Shown here piece after piece: positions 37,925 to 47,808 of a DNA stretch of 64,000 nt. Location of the stretch: the IMG/VR virus record IMGVR_UViG_3300031998_000003, positions 160,001 through 224,000 of that record; one strand, given 5' to 3'. The notes under the pieces were generated by a model. The model had not been told where the DNA came from and searched no databases. It saw only the letters and a program-made list of their open reading frames with translations. A program made the position numbers and the translations under genes. Source of the stretch: a virus. Lineage: Duplodnaviria > Caudoviricetes. Positions within the stretch are counted from its first letter, which is position 1. Each line of letters begins with the position of its first letter.

Positions 37925-38461
37925 ATGGCAAACAAAAAATCGCAACCAAAGAACTTTGTAGAGGAAGTATTCAACGGGGGTATTAGCGAGGCTGCGAATG
38001 CGACTGCCAAAAGTCAACCGCAACACACTCAACCCATCACACCTGCTGTATCTACTGGTGGATTCGGCACACCGATGATGGTTCCTCAGCCGACATTCCC
38101 GAATCCACAAGCCGCAGCAGCTGTCTTCCAGCAGTACAATGACTGCTGTAAGTCGCTCATTCCTGGGACAACGATCGGAACATATATCCGCTGTACAGGA
38201 GCGGAATTTGTTATCGATAATTGGAAACTGGGTGGTCTGTACCGTATTGAGACAACAGACCACCATTGTGTCGCGTTTCTGACAAAGAAAACACCGGAGT
38301 CTCTGGAGTTTTCATCCGTTGACGACAATGGTGACAATGTTGTCTTTGAGATCAAAGCCAATGATTTGTGCTGTGATTTCCAAGAGAAGACTGAGGGATA
38401 CCCATTTACAAGGATGATTCAAATTCCAACAAACCCTATAGTCATTTACCCGCTCAGATAA
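37925..38461 (+). CDS. hypothetical protein (178 aa), Pro/Gln-rich N-terminal half
   Basis: GAAAGGA SD supports ATG 37925. Confidence 0.75.
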   Translation: MANKKSQPKNFVEEVFNGGISEAANATAKSQPQHTQPITPAVSTGGFGTPMMVPQPTFPNPQAAAAVFQQYNDCCKSLIPGTTIGTYIRCTGAEFVIDNWKLGGLYRIETTDHHCVAFLTKKTPESLEFSSVDDNGDNVVFEIKANDLCCDFQEKTEGYPFTRMIQIPTNPIVIYPLR

Positions 38462-38491
38462 ATAATGCTATTGTAAAGGAGAACATCAAAA

Positions 38492-39223
38492 ATGAAAGAG
38501 AAAAAAATGAACTGGTTTACCAGCCAAAAATTGGCGGCGTGGGGTATCTCCGTGATCCCCCGCCCCGATTATTGGGACAACAAGAACCGAAAGATGACGA
38601 TAGTCATTGATGAGTCGCTCGATGACGACACAATGGTTATTGAGGACGGCATCACCTTCCGGATGTCCGTCTGGGCTGCGGATGAATTTGTTGCAACGTT
38701 AACTGGAAACATTTGTGACAAATTCATGGAAACATTTGTTTCCGCAATCAACTCCTATGCAAAATGGAATATGGTGTTGATTAAAAAGGCTTCTGGCACA
38801 TCGTTCCTGGAGCAGGCCTTTGAAAGAATTCAGTTCGTTCTCGATATATATCACGTCGGAATCAAACGGTTCACCGAGCTTGATTATATCAAGTGCGTTC
38901 GTCACTTCGGTGGTGAGCGCAACTTCCGCCAAATCGTTTGTGACGCAATAAACTATAATCTCGCAGACGAAATGACGATGTGCTTAATCTGCAAGAACTG
39001 CAGATGCAAGCGCAACGGTGAACGCGTTTGCCGGAAAGTATTTGTTCCTGTAGATGAGGGTAATGGCGTTCGTACACTGCGTGTGTCGGCCGATTATCCT
39101 ATCAGCAATAAGTTGAAGGATATCATTCCGACGTTCGAGCAGCGTGAAGAATGCAGCTGTTTCGAACCGAACGGAACAGCAATTATCGACTGGGCAGTCC
39201 GGTTCCGGAACGCCCATTTTTGA
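38492..39223 (+). CDS. hypothetical protein with Cys cluster (CxxCxxCxC...C...CxxF)
   Basis: AAAGGAG SD; CLICKNCRC. Confidence 0.8.
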   Translation: MKEKKMNWFTSQKLAAWGISVIPRPDYWDNKNRKMTIVIDESLDDDTMVIEDGITFRMSVWAADEFVATLTGNICDKFMETFVSAINSYAKWNMVLIKKASGTSFLEQAFERIQFVLDIYHVGIKRFTELDYIKCVRHFGGERNFRQIVCDAINYNLADEMTMCLICKNCRCKRNGERVCRKVFVPVDEGNGVRTLRVSADYPISNKLKDIIPTFEQREECSCFEPNGTAIIDWAVRFRNAHF

Positions 39224-39241
39224 AGGGAGGTTTGATGATCA

Positions 39242-39478
39242 ATGGGAATTTTGTCAGATTTATTGACCGGGGCCGTTACCCGTCCCGGCATCAAAGTGAT
39301 TGACAATAAGTTGGTTACTTTCGAGGGTTTTGATGCGATGCGTCAGAACTCAGATGTTGTTCACGAGATTGTTCCGGACAACAAGAATCAGCCCGGTCCC
39401 ACGAACTTTGCAAACTGGGGACTGGACGAAAATGGTCAACCGGTTTGCATTGATTATCCGGAAGGAGTTGACGAATAA
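39242..39478 (+). CDS. hypothetical protein (78 aa)
   Basis: GGGAGGT SD. Confidence 0.7.
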   Translation: MGILSDLLTGAVTRPGIKVIDNKLVTFEGFDAMRQNSDVVHEIVPDNKNQPGPTNFANWGLDENGQPVCIDYPEGVDE

Positions 39479-39585
39479 TGAGGATTCTCATCAAGGCATT
39501 TTTGTATGCTGCATTCGGCTGGTTGGTTCTCAAGAACTATCAGCCGAACGTGGTGTACGAGCAGACTGTTCATATCAATCGATAA
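39478..39585 (+). CDS. 35 aa hydrophobic peptide MRILIKAFLYAAFGWLVLKNYQPNVVYEQTVHINR (not in ORF track)
   Basis: GAAGGAG SD, TAATG coupling to upstream gene, stop immediately before terminator. Confidence 0.65.
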   Translation: MRILIKAFLYAAFGWLVLKNYQPNVVYEQTVHINR

Positions 39586-39589
39586 GAAG

Positions 39590-39628
39590 AGGGGCGCTTC
39601 GGCGCCCCTACTTTTCTTTTTTCTTTCT
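39590..39628 (+). terminator. intrinsic terminator ending the early cluster
   Basis: AGGGGCGC-TTCG-GCGCCCCT + T tract. Confidence 0.9.
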
Positions 39629-39641
39629 TATAAGGAGTAAA

Positions 39642-39654
39642 AACGACTTCATAA
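39642..39654 (+). promoter_or_regulatory. late-type promoter motif for the tail fibre operon
   Basis: AACG-ACTTCA-TAA. Confidence 0.55.
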
Positions 39655-39677
39655 TACTTTGGAAAGGAGCTGATCGT

Positions 39678-39884
39678 ATGGCCGACAGTCGTATTGATCC
39701 GAAAACACCTTTGATATTTGAAGTTCCTGACGGACAAATTGTTGTCTGTACATGGGCTTATATCGTGAGTCGTATCACACCAATGTTCGATTCAATCACA
39801 CAGTCACTCAATAACTCGAATGGTTCACTCCGAATCATTGAGAGCAAGCTCGCTGAGTGGGCTGAAGACCAGGACAATGCTTGA
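39678..39884 (+). CDS. hypothetical protein (68 aa, MADSRIDPK...)
   Basis: GAAAGGAG SD before ATG 39678; the 39300 start in the ORF track crosses a terminator. Confidence 0.7.
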   Translation: MADSRIDPKTPLIFEVPDGQIVVCTWAYIVSRITPMFDSITQSLNNSNGSLRIIESKLAEWAEDQDNA

Positions 39885-39899
39885 AAGGAGTGAGATAAA

Positions 39900-40334
39900 A
39901 TGGCTGAACAGCAAGAGCAAATCTTTACCGCGTTGATCAATGTTATACAAGAACATGAAAGACTGCTTGCATCAATTGCGGATAAGCTAAGTCGTATTGA
40001 GTCTATTGGTGGAGGTGGTGGATCCGCTTCTATCGAAGATTATGAACCTGGTAAGGTGTACAAGAGAAACACATTACTTGTTGATCGTAATACGGAGACT
40101 GTGTATCGTTCTCTCGCAGAACCGAGCTACACATCAGTATCTGTAGAAACTGATCTCCAGAATCGTAACCTCAAACTTGTTGGTTTCGAATCTCAGATTG
40201 TTTCGTTCGATCACAACCCGTCTCAGAGCGAAATCGATACACTGCCTGATGAGACATTTGTTGCTGTTTATTCCTCTATGGATAAACCGTACAATCCTGA
40301 CATAATCACACCGACATCAAATAACAATTCCTAA
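39900..40334 (+). CDS. virion-associated protein: coiled coil + GGGGG linker + CBM5/12-like module
   Basis: DYEPGKVYKRNTLLV...VYR...SVETDLQNRNL matches repeats in 56291..61372. Confidence 0.65.
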   Translation: MAEQQEQIFTALINVIQEHERLLASIADKLSRIESIGGGGGSASIEDYEPGKVYKRNTLLVDRNTETVYRSLAEPSYTSVSVETDLQNRNLKLVGFESQIVSFDHNPSQSEIDTLPDETFVAVYSSMDKPYNPDIITPTSNNNS

Positions 40335-40353
40335 TTATGTGAGGTGAATTATT

Positions 40354-43167
40354 TTGAGCACGTTATATGGATATAACAATTCTTTGTGGAAAGAAATACA
40401 CCGATTCACATACACCGGAGCACCAGAGAAATTCACCTTGCAACCTGGAACATATCTTTTCCAGTGTCATGGTGCTCATGGTGGACAAAATGTGCCAATA
40501 GCTTCCGACGTAAAACATTCATACCAATATGGCGGTCTCTCAATTGGTATATTAACTCTAGATGAAGAGACTGATTTCTATGCCGTTGTCGGTGGTGATG
40601 GAACCGATGGCTCTAAATCAAACGTCGGTGCCGGTGGATATAATGGCGGCGGTTTTGGCGGATTCAGTTACAGTTCAACTTACTGCAATGGCAGCGGTGG
40701 TGGTGGTGCAACTGATATTCGGTTAAATGTTCCAGAAGACTTTGAACCTGAGGAACCTATTCCAACACCAGGTATCCCCGGATGGTTTAAAGAATATGAA
40801 TATATATCAAACCATGTGTCCAAGCAGGGTTATTTCAATACAGGATATATTGCAAAAGAAAACACTGTGATTGAAGTCAAAGTGTCTACAACTTCACCAA
40901 TCGCTGACGGTTTTGTATTTGGCGCCAGAAATGGTGCTACCAATAGAGAATTCTGCTTACTTCTGAATGAAGGTCCATATTCTGACAAACCAGAAATGTC
41001 ATCATATGTTCATGGTCAGTATATGTCATATGGTTGGTCGACTGGATGGGCCGCGGACCCTCCGACAATATTTGCAGTCGATAATTTGTTTGACGAACAC
41101 GTATACAGAATGTCGAAAGACGGTGTTTGGGTTGATGGTGAGCTCAAACAAACAATCCCACCTCAAACTTACACTGCATCAACCCGACCAATCTTTCTGT
41201 TCGGATGTAATAATGATGGATATTTTGGAAAACAATTCCAAGGTGATCTGTATTACTGTAAAATCTGGGAAGGTGACACATTAGTCCATCATTATGTGCC
41301 GGGAATTGACATGCCTCGTGGTGTCAATTGTCTATATGATTTGTGTACTGGTGGTGCATTGGATCCTTCAGATGTTAGTAAATTTACAGTTGGACCATTT
41401 CCAGTTGAGGACACTCGGCTTCAAAAATCATTGCTTACCAGAATTATGGTTGCTGGCGGCGGCGGCGGTGGAACCATGATGGCACAGCAGACATCAATTG
41501 ATAATTCATTCAACTGTGCAGTTGGTGGTGGTATTGTCGGAGGACCGATCCAAATAAATAAATCGTTATTTGATAATGGAAGGTATGCTTCACAGACAAA
41601 TGGCTATTCATTTGGAATTGGTCAAACACCAGCAAAATCAATAACAACTGGAAATTGTGATGCCGAAGGGCGCAGTGGCGGAGGTGGTGGTTGGTACGGC
41701 GGCTGGGCTTGTACAACCTATAGTGGCAACTATACTTCCGGAAATGGTGCTGGTGGTTCTGGATACGTTTTAACAGAATCATCATATAAACCCGAAGGTT
41801 ATGAAGTTCCAGAGAAGTTTTACATGAGAAACTGGTATATGAAAGCTGGTGCCGCTGAAACTGCATGTGTTATCATCAGTCAGTTGACTGATGATGTTGT
41901 CGCAGGTGACGTGATTAAATATTACCCTATTGGAAAAGGTTGTCGCACATCATTACCAGCCGGAACATATATATTCAAATGCTGGGGTGCAGATGGCGGA
42001 ACTCGATACTCCAGAGCATCTGATGGTTCGTATGCTTGTGGAGGTTATTCACAAGGAACATACATAACACCCAATAGTTTTAATGCGTATATTCACGTCG
42101 GTGGATCTGGTATGAATGATTCACAAATCTCATCCGAATTTGTGAATCAGCTTTGTCCCGATATCAGATACAACGGCGGTGGTGCTCCGGCGGCATACGG
42201 CACAAAGATGACTGGACACTCCGGTGGAGGTGCAACCGATATCAGAATCAATTTTGATTCGTTGTATGCTAGAGTCATTGTTGCAGGTGGTGCAGGTGGT
42301 ACTAGTTATGACGGATATGAAGCCGGTAACGGTGGTGGTGAAATCGGTGGTTCACCAAAATCTGGAGGCGGTACATGCCCGGGCCCTGGAACACAAACGT
42401 CATCACCAATGTCATTAGATTATCCCACGATAAATGGTGGATTCGGTTACGGCGGAAATGCTGGATATAGAAACACATCATACATCGGTGGTGCTGGTGG
42501 TGGAGGCTGGTATGGCGGATCTGGAACAATGCCAATACAAAACTCGAGCAATGCCCGAGGTGGAGCCGGTGGATCCGGATTTGTATTGACATCAGCATCG
42601 ATCGAAAATGTGCCACAAGACTATCTATTGGATGAGACACATTGTTTATCGGAAGCCACAACAACTGTTGGTGGTAATAGATTACCTGCAGGATTTTCAA
42701 AAGCTGAAATTGAGGTTGTACAATCATACCAACAAAAAGTGTTGTGCCGTGATTCAGATGGTATCAAATATCTGGATCAAAATGATCAAACCTGGAAGCT
42801 TCTTCAAACACAAGAACTGACGGTCGCTACATTTTCAGCATATGGTGTTGGAATAATATCATCTGATATTGGTCTTCAGGAAGAATTTGAGATTCTCACT
42901 TGGGATCCGACAGACTCTGTTACACATATCGACATCAATGTTACTCCAAACAAACAAACAGTTCAACAGATTACAGTATCATCACTTCCAATCAAGAAAA
43001 CATATTTTGATTTGGATTATGATAAAACAAAGTTTGACGTAGATCTGAAGGTTGTAAGACACCAAGCAGGTCCAAATACCGAACTCATCACAAATGTGAC
43101 GATTGATAAGCTTGTTCCAACCAATGAAGATACGAAGATATACTATGCGACATATCTGACAAAATAA
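40354..43167 (+). CDS. tail fibre/receptor-binding protein with two glycine-rich (ALK/LTK GRD-like) domains and an inserted LamG/ConA-like domain
   Basis: Two copies of PGTYxFxCxGAxGG...YNGGG...GGGATDIR...RxxVAGGxGG...GGGGGWYGG...GAGGSG(Y/F)VLT; insert YFNTGY...IFLFG...LYYCKIW; TTG start with GAGGTG SD. Confidence 0.75.
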   Translation: MSTLYGYNNSLWKEIHRFTYTGAPEKFTLQPGTYLFQCHGAHGGQNVPIASDVKHSYQYGGLSIGILTLDEETDFYAVVGGDGTDGSKSNVGAGGYNGGGFGGFSYSSTYCNGSGGGGATDIRLNVPEDFEPEEPIPTPGIPGWFKEYEYISNHVSKQGYFNTGYIAKENTVIEVKVSTTSPIADGFVFGARNGATNREFCLLLNEGPYSDKPEMSSYVHGQYMSYGWSTGWAADPPTIFAVDNLFDEHVYRMSKDGVWVDGELKQTIPPQTYTASTRPIFLFGCNNDGYFGKQFQGDLYYCKIWEGDTLVHHYVPGIDMPRGVNCLYDLCTGGALDPSDVSKFTVGPFPVEDTRLQKSLLTRIMVAGGGGGGTMMAQQTSIDNSFNCAVGGGIVGGPIQINKSLFDNGRYASQTNGYSFGIGQTPAKSITTGNCDAEGRSGGGGGWYGGWACTTYSGNYTSGNGAGGSGYVLTESSYKPEGYEVPEKFYMRNWYMKAGAAETACVIISQLTDDVVAGDVIKYYPIGKGCRTSLPAGTYIFKCWGADGGTRYSRASDGSYACGGYSQGTYITPNSFNAYIHVGGSGMNDSQISSEFVNQLCPDIRYNGGGAPAAYGTKMTGHSGGGATDIRINFDSLYARVIVAGGAGGTSYDGYEAGNGGGEIGGSPKSGGGTCPGPGTQTSSPMSLDYPTINGGFGYGGNAGYRNTSYIGGAGGGGWYGGSGTMPIQNSSNARGGAGGSGFVLTSASIENVPQDYLLDETHCLSEATTTVGGNRLPAGFSKAEIEVVQSYQQKVLCRDSDGIKYLDQNDQTWKLLQTQELTVATFSAYGVGIISSDIGLQEEFEILTWDPTDSVTHIDINVTPNKQTVQQITVSSLPIKKTYFDLDYDKTKFDVDLKVVRHQAGPNTELITNVTIDKLVPTNEDTKIYYATYLTK

Positions 43168-43190
43168 TCGAAGAAAGGAGATAAACGTGT

Positions 43191-44600
43191 ATGAGTGAAC
43201 ATCTGTTACCCGTAAAAACAGGACGTGAATCGTTTCCTGTTAAATACAGAAAAATGCACCCGTATAGTTTGGACTGGCGTACGGCTTTGACATGTGAACA
43301 TAATAAGGGTTTGTATATCGCAGTGCAAGCGTTGCGTAGCGCTAATACAAGTCCGTCAACCGGTACAAACGATGGCAGAATGTATGTGTATTATCAGAAT
43401 TTGATCACAAATGATTTTGTTGATATGGGTGTTATTACATGGGAGCAGCTACAAAGCGTACAAGTATTATGGATGCTTGTCGATGACGATTACTTGTATT
43501 TCTCAGTGAATAGTGGCTCAACCATCCTGATATTCAGTAGACGTGCTTTAGCAATTGTCGGTAAATTCAAATATGACACAAACGCATTTGGTGCGTTTGG
43601 TAAAATGGTATGGTTTAACAAACATACCATTGTTATGGCACATCAAGCTGGAATTCTTTTCTTCGATACAATTGCACGAACGTTTCGTTATGTTGGACGA
43701 CCGACTGGTGGTAATTTCACATCATCAGATATTTCTGTTGGTGATAAATTTATCATGATGACATCTGGGTCAAGTTCAGTCAATGCAGTTTTGATGTTCC
43801 GGCTGTCCGACGAATCCTTTTCGACATTTTCATTACAAACATCAAATGTTGCGATGTGTTGTCATGACGGAGTTCGTTTCTATATAGGAAATACACAAGC
43901 ATTATATGTGTATAACGAATATAGTGAAGAAATGGAATCTATTGTTGCAGCACCATGGACGAATGTCCGTTCGTTAAACTATACGAACAGCACATTCTTT
44001 GCGACGACGAAGAATTCCAATCGTGTCTATATTTATGGATTTGATTTCCAATTTGTCATGACAACCAGTCGTCCATCCGACTGGGGTTCCACCTACATGG
44101 ATTATTATATTCTGGATGAAAACCATCAACCGATTCATGTACCATCTGAAGGTGGTGTTATTCCAGAATGGGTGGAGAACACATACTACCAAAAAGAATA
44201 CACATTACAAGACCACAGGTTTATCAATATGCCATGGTCGGTTGGTGATATGTCAGCATCATATCCACTTGAAGCAACGACATTTGAAGGATTCTTCTTT
44301 GTTGCAAAAGAGACGTTATGTAGCATCGACTATTCAGGAAACTCGAAATACAATTTTGGTGAAAAATACGATGTGATCAATCTTGTATTTAATCAAACTA
44401 CAAAATCACAATTCATTTATGATCCGAGATTTATTGTGTTTACCGAGACATATATGACACTGCGTGACGGAGATATCCGATATGCATTTTCAAATTATGA
44501 TGCTGGTGGCGGGTTGACCCTAAAACGAGCTGTTGTAAACAAATCGGATTATAAACATTTCAATTATGCTGTCATGAAGCACATAGAGAATGGAGGTTGA
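43191..44600 (+). CDS. tail-associated beta-propeller-like protein
   Basis: Repeating beta-strand blades of about 40 aa; operon context. Confidence 0.55.
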   Translation: MSEHLLPVKTGRESFPVKYRKMHPYSLDWRTALTCEHNKGLYIAVQALRSANTSPSTGTNDGRMYVYYQNLITNDFVDMGVITWEQLQSVQVLWMLVDDDYLYFSVNSGSTILIFSRRALAIVGKFKYDTNAFGAFGKMVWFNKHTIVMAHQAGILFFDTIARTFRYVGRPTGGNFTSSDISVGDKFIMMTSGSSSVNAVLMFRLSDESFSTFSLQTSNVAMCCHDGVRFYIGNTQALYVYNEYSEEMESIVAAPWTNVRSLNYTNSTFFATTKNSNRVYIYGFDFQFVMTTSRPSDWGSTYMDYYILDENHQPIHVPSEGGVIPEWVENTYYQKEYTLQDHRFINMPWSVGDMSASYPLEATTFEGFFFVAKETLCSIDYSGNSKYNFGEKYDVINLVFNQTTKSQFIYDPRFIVFTETYMTLRDGDIRYAFSNYDAGGGLTLKRAVVNKSDYKHFNYAVMKHIENGG

Positions 44601-44604
44601 TGAG

Positions 44605-47259
44605 ATGGACATTGCAAAACCGATTGATCCCAAATTTAAACGGGCTATGCAATTCGCTCAAAACTTTATGCAAAAACATGGCAAACCGTCGATCTCGAAT
44701 CTTTATGTGATTCAGAGAGTTGATATCGATGGAAATGTCATTGATGAAAAATATGGCATGAACCTGATGACAGACTATGGTCTGACGACATTCTTCGGAA
44801 ATACCCTTCCAGCATTTCCGAAGAATCTGTATGTTGGTCAAGGTGGCGGTGGTACGATGTCATTTGATACTACCACAAACACATTGATCACGCCATTGAC
44901 AACGACAGCTGCAACAAATTCTGACACGGCTATCTATTATAATTTCCCGATGTATTATGACAATACGACGGGCACTGTCACAACTGTCTGTCAATATCTA
45001 GTGTGCTATCTAGATTATAATTTCGACGATTGGTACCAGGACATGTCAATCTATGAATATGGTATCGGTACCGCAAACAATGCTCTCTGGACACATTCAT
45101 GGGTGTATGATAATTTCGGTGGTCTTGGTATGATTACAAAGAAACCAAATGAACGTCTGGTGTTCACCGTTTATCTTTGTATGTCGTATTCGACCAATCT
45201 GATCAATACTGAATGGAATAAGGGTAAATATGTTGTAATTACTTCACCACAACGATTTTTCGCAAATCATATGCGTGAAGATAATTTACAAACATACAAG
45301 CGTTACAGTGTTTACAAATCCCGCGGTAAAACAAATACCCAAACCGCATTTGATGATACTACAAAGAGTCTTGACATTGTATCGAATCTATCAGAAATGA
45401 CAATCATTGCCGGTGACACTGATGAAACTGGTTATGTTGATGGATTCCGTAATATTTCAAGCGGAATGGTTTCATTTGAACGAGCCATCATGAATCCAGT
45501 ATGCACATTTGATACTGTCATGAAACCGGATACAGCATCTGCGGAAAAACCTGAAGGATTCTCTGATACATTTGGAAAAGCTAACTTTCTACCATTCACG
45601 AAACTCACGTTGTCAAAATCATACACGTATAATCCTTCGACAAATCTCTATGATCTAGAAGATACATACACGTATGACCCAAATCGTTGGTATAACGAAA
45701 ACAGCATGGAACATGCCGCGGCAATTACGATGTACTACAGTTATCATGATACTGCCACACCGGTTTATGTGTATATTAACATGAAACCGGATGATCCTAT
45801 TCTACGAGTTGAGGGCAATCTTTTAACTGTGTATGCAACCAATGAATACTGGGATCGGTCGAAATGGGTCTTCATCAACGATTTGTCAACAATTCCGGAT
45901 ACTTGTGATATTCTGGATGGTCAAGGACATCCATTGAATCCTAGATGTATGAAATATTGGATTACATCATCCAACATCGAAGATTTAAAACCGGTTCGTG
46001 CATCACAAAAATTCACATACACTGATGCAAATGGTGACTTCACCTTCCATCATTATTTTTCAACAGTGCCGAAAGGATTCTTTGATGCGGTTAGCTCAAA
46101 ACAGTATCAATGGTTCATGGTCAACAACGTCATCTATACTTTGTCGGATTCAAGAACAACGACTGTGTCTACAAAGACTGGATATGATCAGATTCAATCG
46201 TACACATGTGACTCAACAATTCTAACATTTATATCAAGCTCAGATTCATTTATCATTTCTGATATGACACAATCAACAATATCACCTCAAACAATCCAAA
46301 ACACCGCAGGTATTTCGAATTTGTGGGCGTGTTATCGAACTGATTCAAAGAATGGTCGAGCGATTGTATCTGATTATGCAAATTCAATTTTGCTGAAAAT
46401 CGATTATCGCGATGGAAGTAATGTTGTCCAGACTGGAATCACAAACTGCCCGATCGGATGTGTAATTATCAATACTGAAAATTATGCAATGATTGATTCA
46501 TCGAATCCAAAAACGATTCTTATCAAGAACTTTGATACCGATGCTTCAGTCACATCATTTACTGTGATTGGAAATAATCCAGTATTGTTGTTTGGATATG
46601 GAAATCAGTTGTATGTTTCCGACTGCTCAACATACATGATCATGTGTGATATTGACGCTGGTACAATGACAACATGTGGTGGAAATCTCAATAGTAATTT
46701 CAGTGGAACGAATCGTGCATTACTTCGTGTCGAAGCTTCAACTGATTTCATGATTTTGTATCGGTACGATCAAAGAGATACCAACACATATGCATATGCA
46801 TTTGAGCACGACCGTCCACAGTTGTATCGCTCACTTGGCTTCAATCCAGGTGATTATCGGTCCCATGCACATATCACATTGCATGAACTGAACAAGACTG
46901 CAAATGGTGTAACAACCATTCTGATTATTACAAACAGCTATTGGACATCTTCAGCTGGAAATGGTTGCCAACAACGTGCTTTAGATTTTGGACGCTATAT
47001 GAAATCTGACAAATCCGACACGAATGGTATGCTCGAATTCAACCGTACTGAAAAACGCCGTTGGATTCCGTATGGCGATCATGTTATATGTGAGCAGGAC
47101 ACATTTCCAATTGCAAATCTAATTCCACACAGAATTGTTGGAACGACCGATACTGTTTCGACAATCGATAACATAAAGAATATTCGTGACAAACGTTGGA
47201 CAACAACGGTTTCGAATATTTCTGAATGGCAAGGTAAACCGCCAGGAAATCAAATGTGA
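44605..47259 (+). CDS. tail fibre/baseplate-associated protein, paralog of 47809..51345
   Basis: NLYVIQRVDIDGNVIDEKYGMNLMTDYGL and C-terminal IPHRIVGTT shared with paralog; GGAGGT SD supports ATG 44605. Confidence 0.65.
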   Translation: MDIAKPIDPKFKRAMQFAQNFMQKHGKPSISNLYVIQRVDIDGNVIDEKYGMNLMTDYGLTTFFGNTLPAFPKNLYVGQGGGGTMSFDTTTNTLITPLTTTAATNSDTAIYYNFPMYYDNTTGTVTTVCQYLVCYLDYNFDDWYQDMSIYEYGIGTANNALWTHSWVYDNFGGLGMITKKPNERLVFTVYLCMSYSTNLINTEWNKGKYVVITSPQRFFANHMREDNLQTYKRYSVYKSRGKTNTQTAFDDTTKSLDIVSNLSEMTIIAGDTDETGYVDGFRNISSGMVSFERAIMNPVCTFDTVMKPDTASAEKPEGFSDTFGKANFLPFTKLTLSKSYTYNPSTNLYDLEDTYTYDPNRWYNENSMEHAAAITMYYSYHDTATPVYVYINMKPDDPILRVEGNLLTVYATNEYWDRSKWVFINDLSTIPDTCDILDGQGHPLNPRCMKYWITSSNIEDLKPVRASQKFTYTDANGDFTFHHYFSTVPKGFFDAVSSKQYQWFMVNNVIYTLSDSRTTTVSTKTGYDQIQSYTCDSTILTFISSSDSFIISDMTQSTISPQTIQNTAGISNLWACYRTDSKNGRAIVSDYANSILLKIDYRDGSNVVQTGITNCPIGCVIINTENYAMIDSSNPKTILIKNFDTDASVTSFTVIGNNPVLLFGYGNQLYVSDCSTYMIMCDIDAGTMTTCGGNLNSNFSGTNRALLRVEASTDFMILYRYDQRDTNTYAYAFEHDRPQLYRSLGFNPGDYRSHAHITLHELNKTANGVTTILIITNSYWTSSAGNGCQQRALDFGRYMKSDKSDTNGMLEFNRTEKRRWIPYGDHVICEQDTFPIANLIPHRIVGTTDTVSTIDNIKNIRDKRWTTTVSNISEWQGKPPGNQM

Positions 47260-47274
47260 TGGTGGTGAAAACGT

Positions 47275-47793
47275 ATGTCAGATTTCCATAAATCAAAAGA
47301 AGTATACCGGTATACACCAACAGCGAACGGGGACAAGTTAGTCCCCGTTCGTGGTTTGTATGTATCCGGTTTACACAAAGAACCGTGGTATATTGATCAT
47401 GCGGTTACAGTTACGGGTTTTACTTCAAACGACGGTACAATTGTTCATTATACCCAGCTAAACACATCCGTCTATGATGATTCCGCATTGGCTTTCACCG
47501 GACTGGCAATCGGTGATATATCAGTTGTGAACTATTATCATTCCAGCGCTTCAGCATATGATGATTCTGCGTTAGCTTTCACTGGGTTTGAGATTAGTTT
47601 ACCAGATATGACATCATATGAAACATCAAAAGTATCAGCGTATGATGATTCAGTTTTATCGTTTACAGCCCTATCTGTTGATTCATCGTTAACGAGCATG
47701 ACATATAAGATTATCAGATCGCCACAGAATCCACAACCTACGATCACGTTGAGACAATTCACGTCAACCGATAGCACGATTTCGAGAAATTAA
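47275..47793 (+). CDS. small structural protein with three 28 aa repeats
   Basis: SVYDDSALAFTGL / SAYDDSALAFTGF / SAYDDSVLSFTAL. Confidence 0.75.
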   Translation: MSDFHKSKEVYRYTPTANGDKLVPVRGLYVSGLHKEPWYIDHAVTVTGFTSNDGTIVHYTQLNTSVYDDSALAFTGLAIGDISVVNYYHSSASAYDDSALAFTGFEISLPDMTSYETSKVSAYDDSVLSFTALSVDSSLTSMTYKIIRSPQNPQPTITLRQFTSTDSTISRN

Positions 47794-47808
47794 AGAAGGA
47801 GGGATAAC

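Noticed and set aside
47467-47680. CRISPR-like regularly spaced repeats
   Set aside because: Repeats are in frame, degenerate at synonymous positions and lie inside a CDS; they are protein repeats
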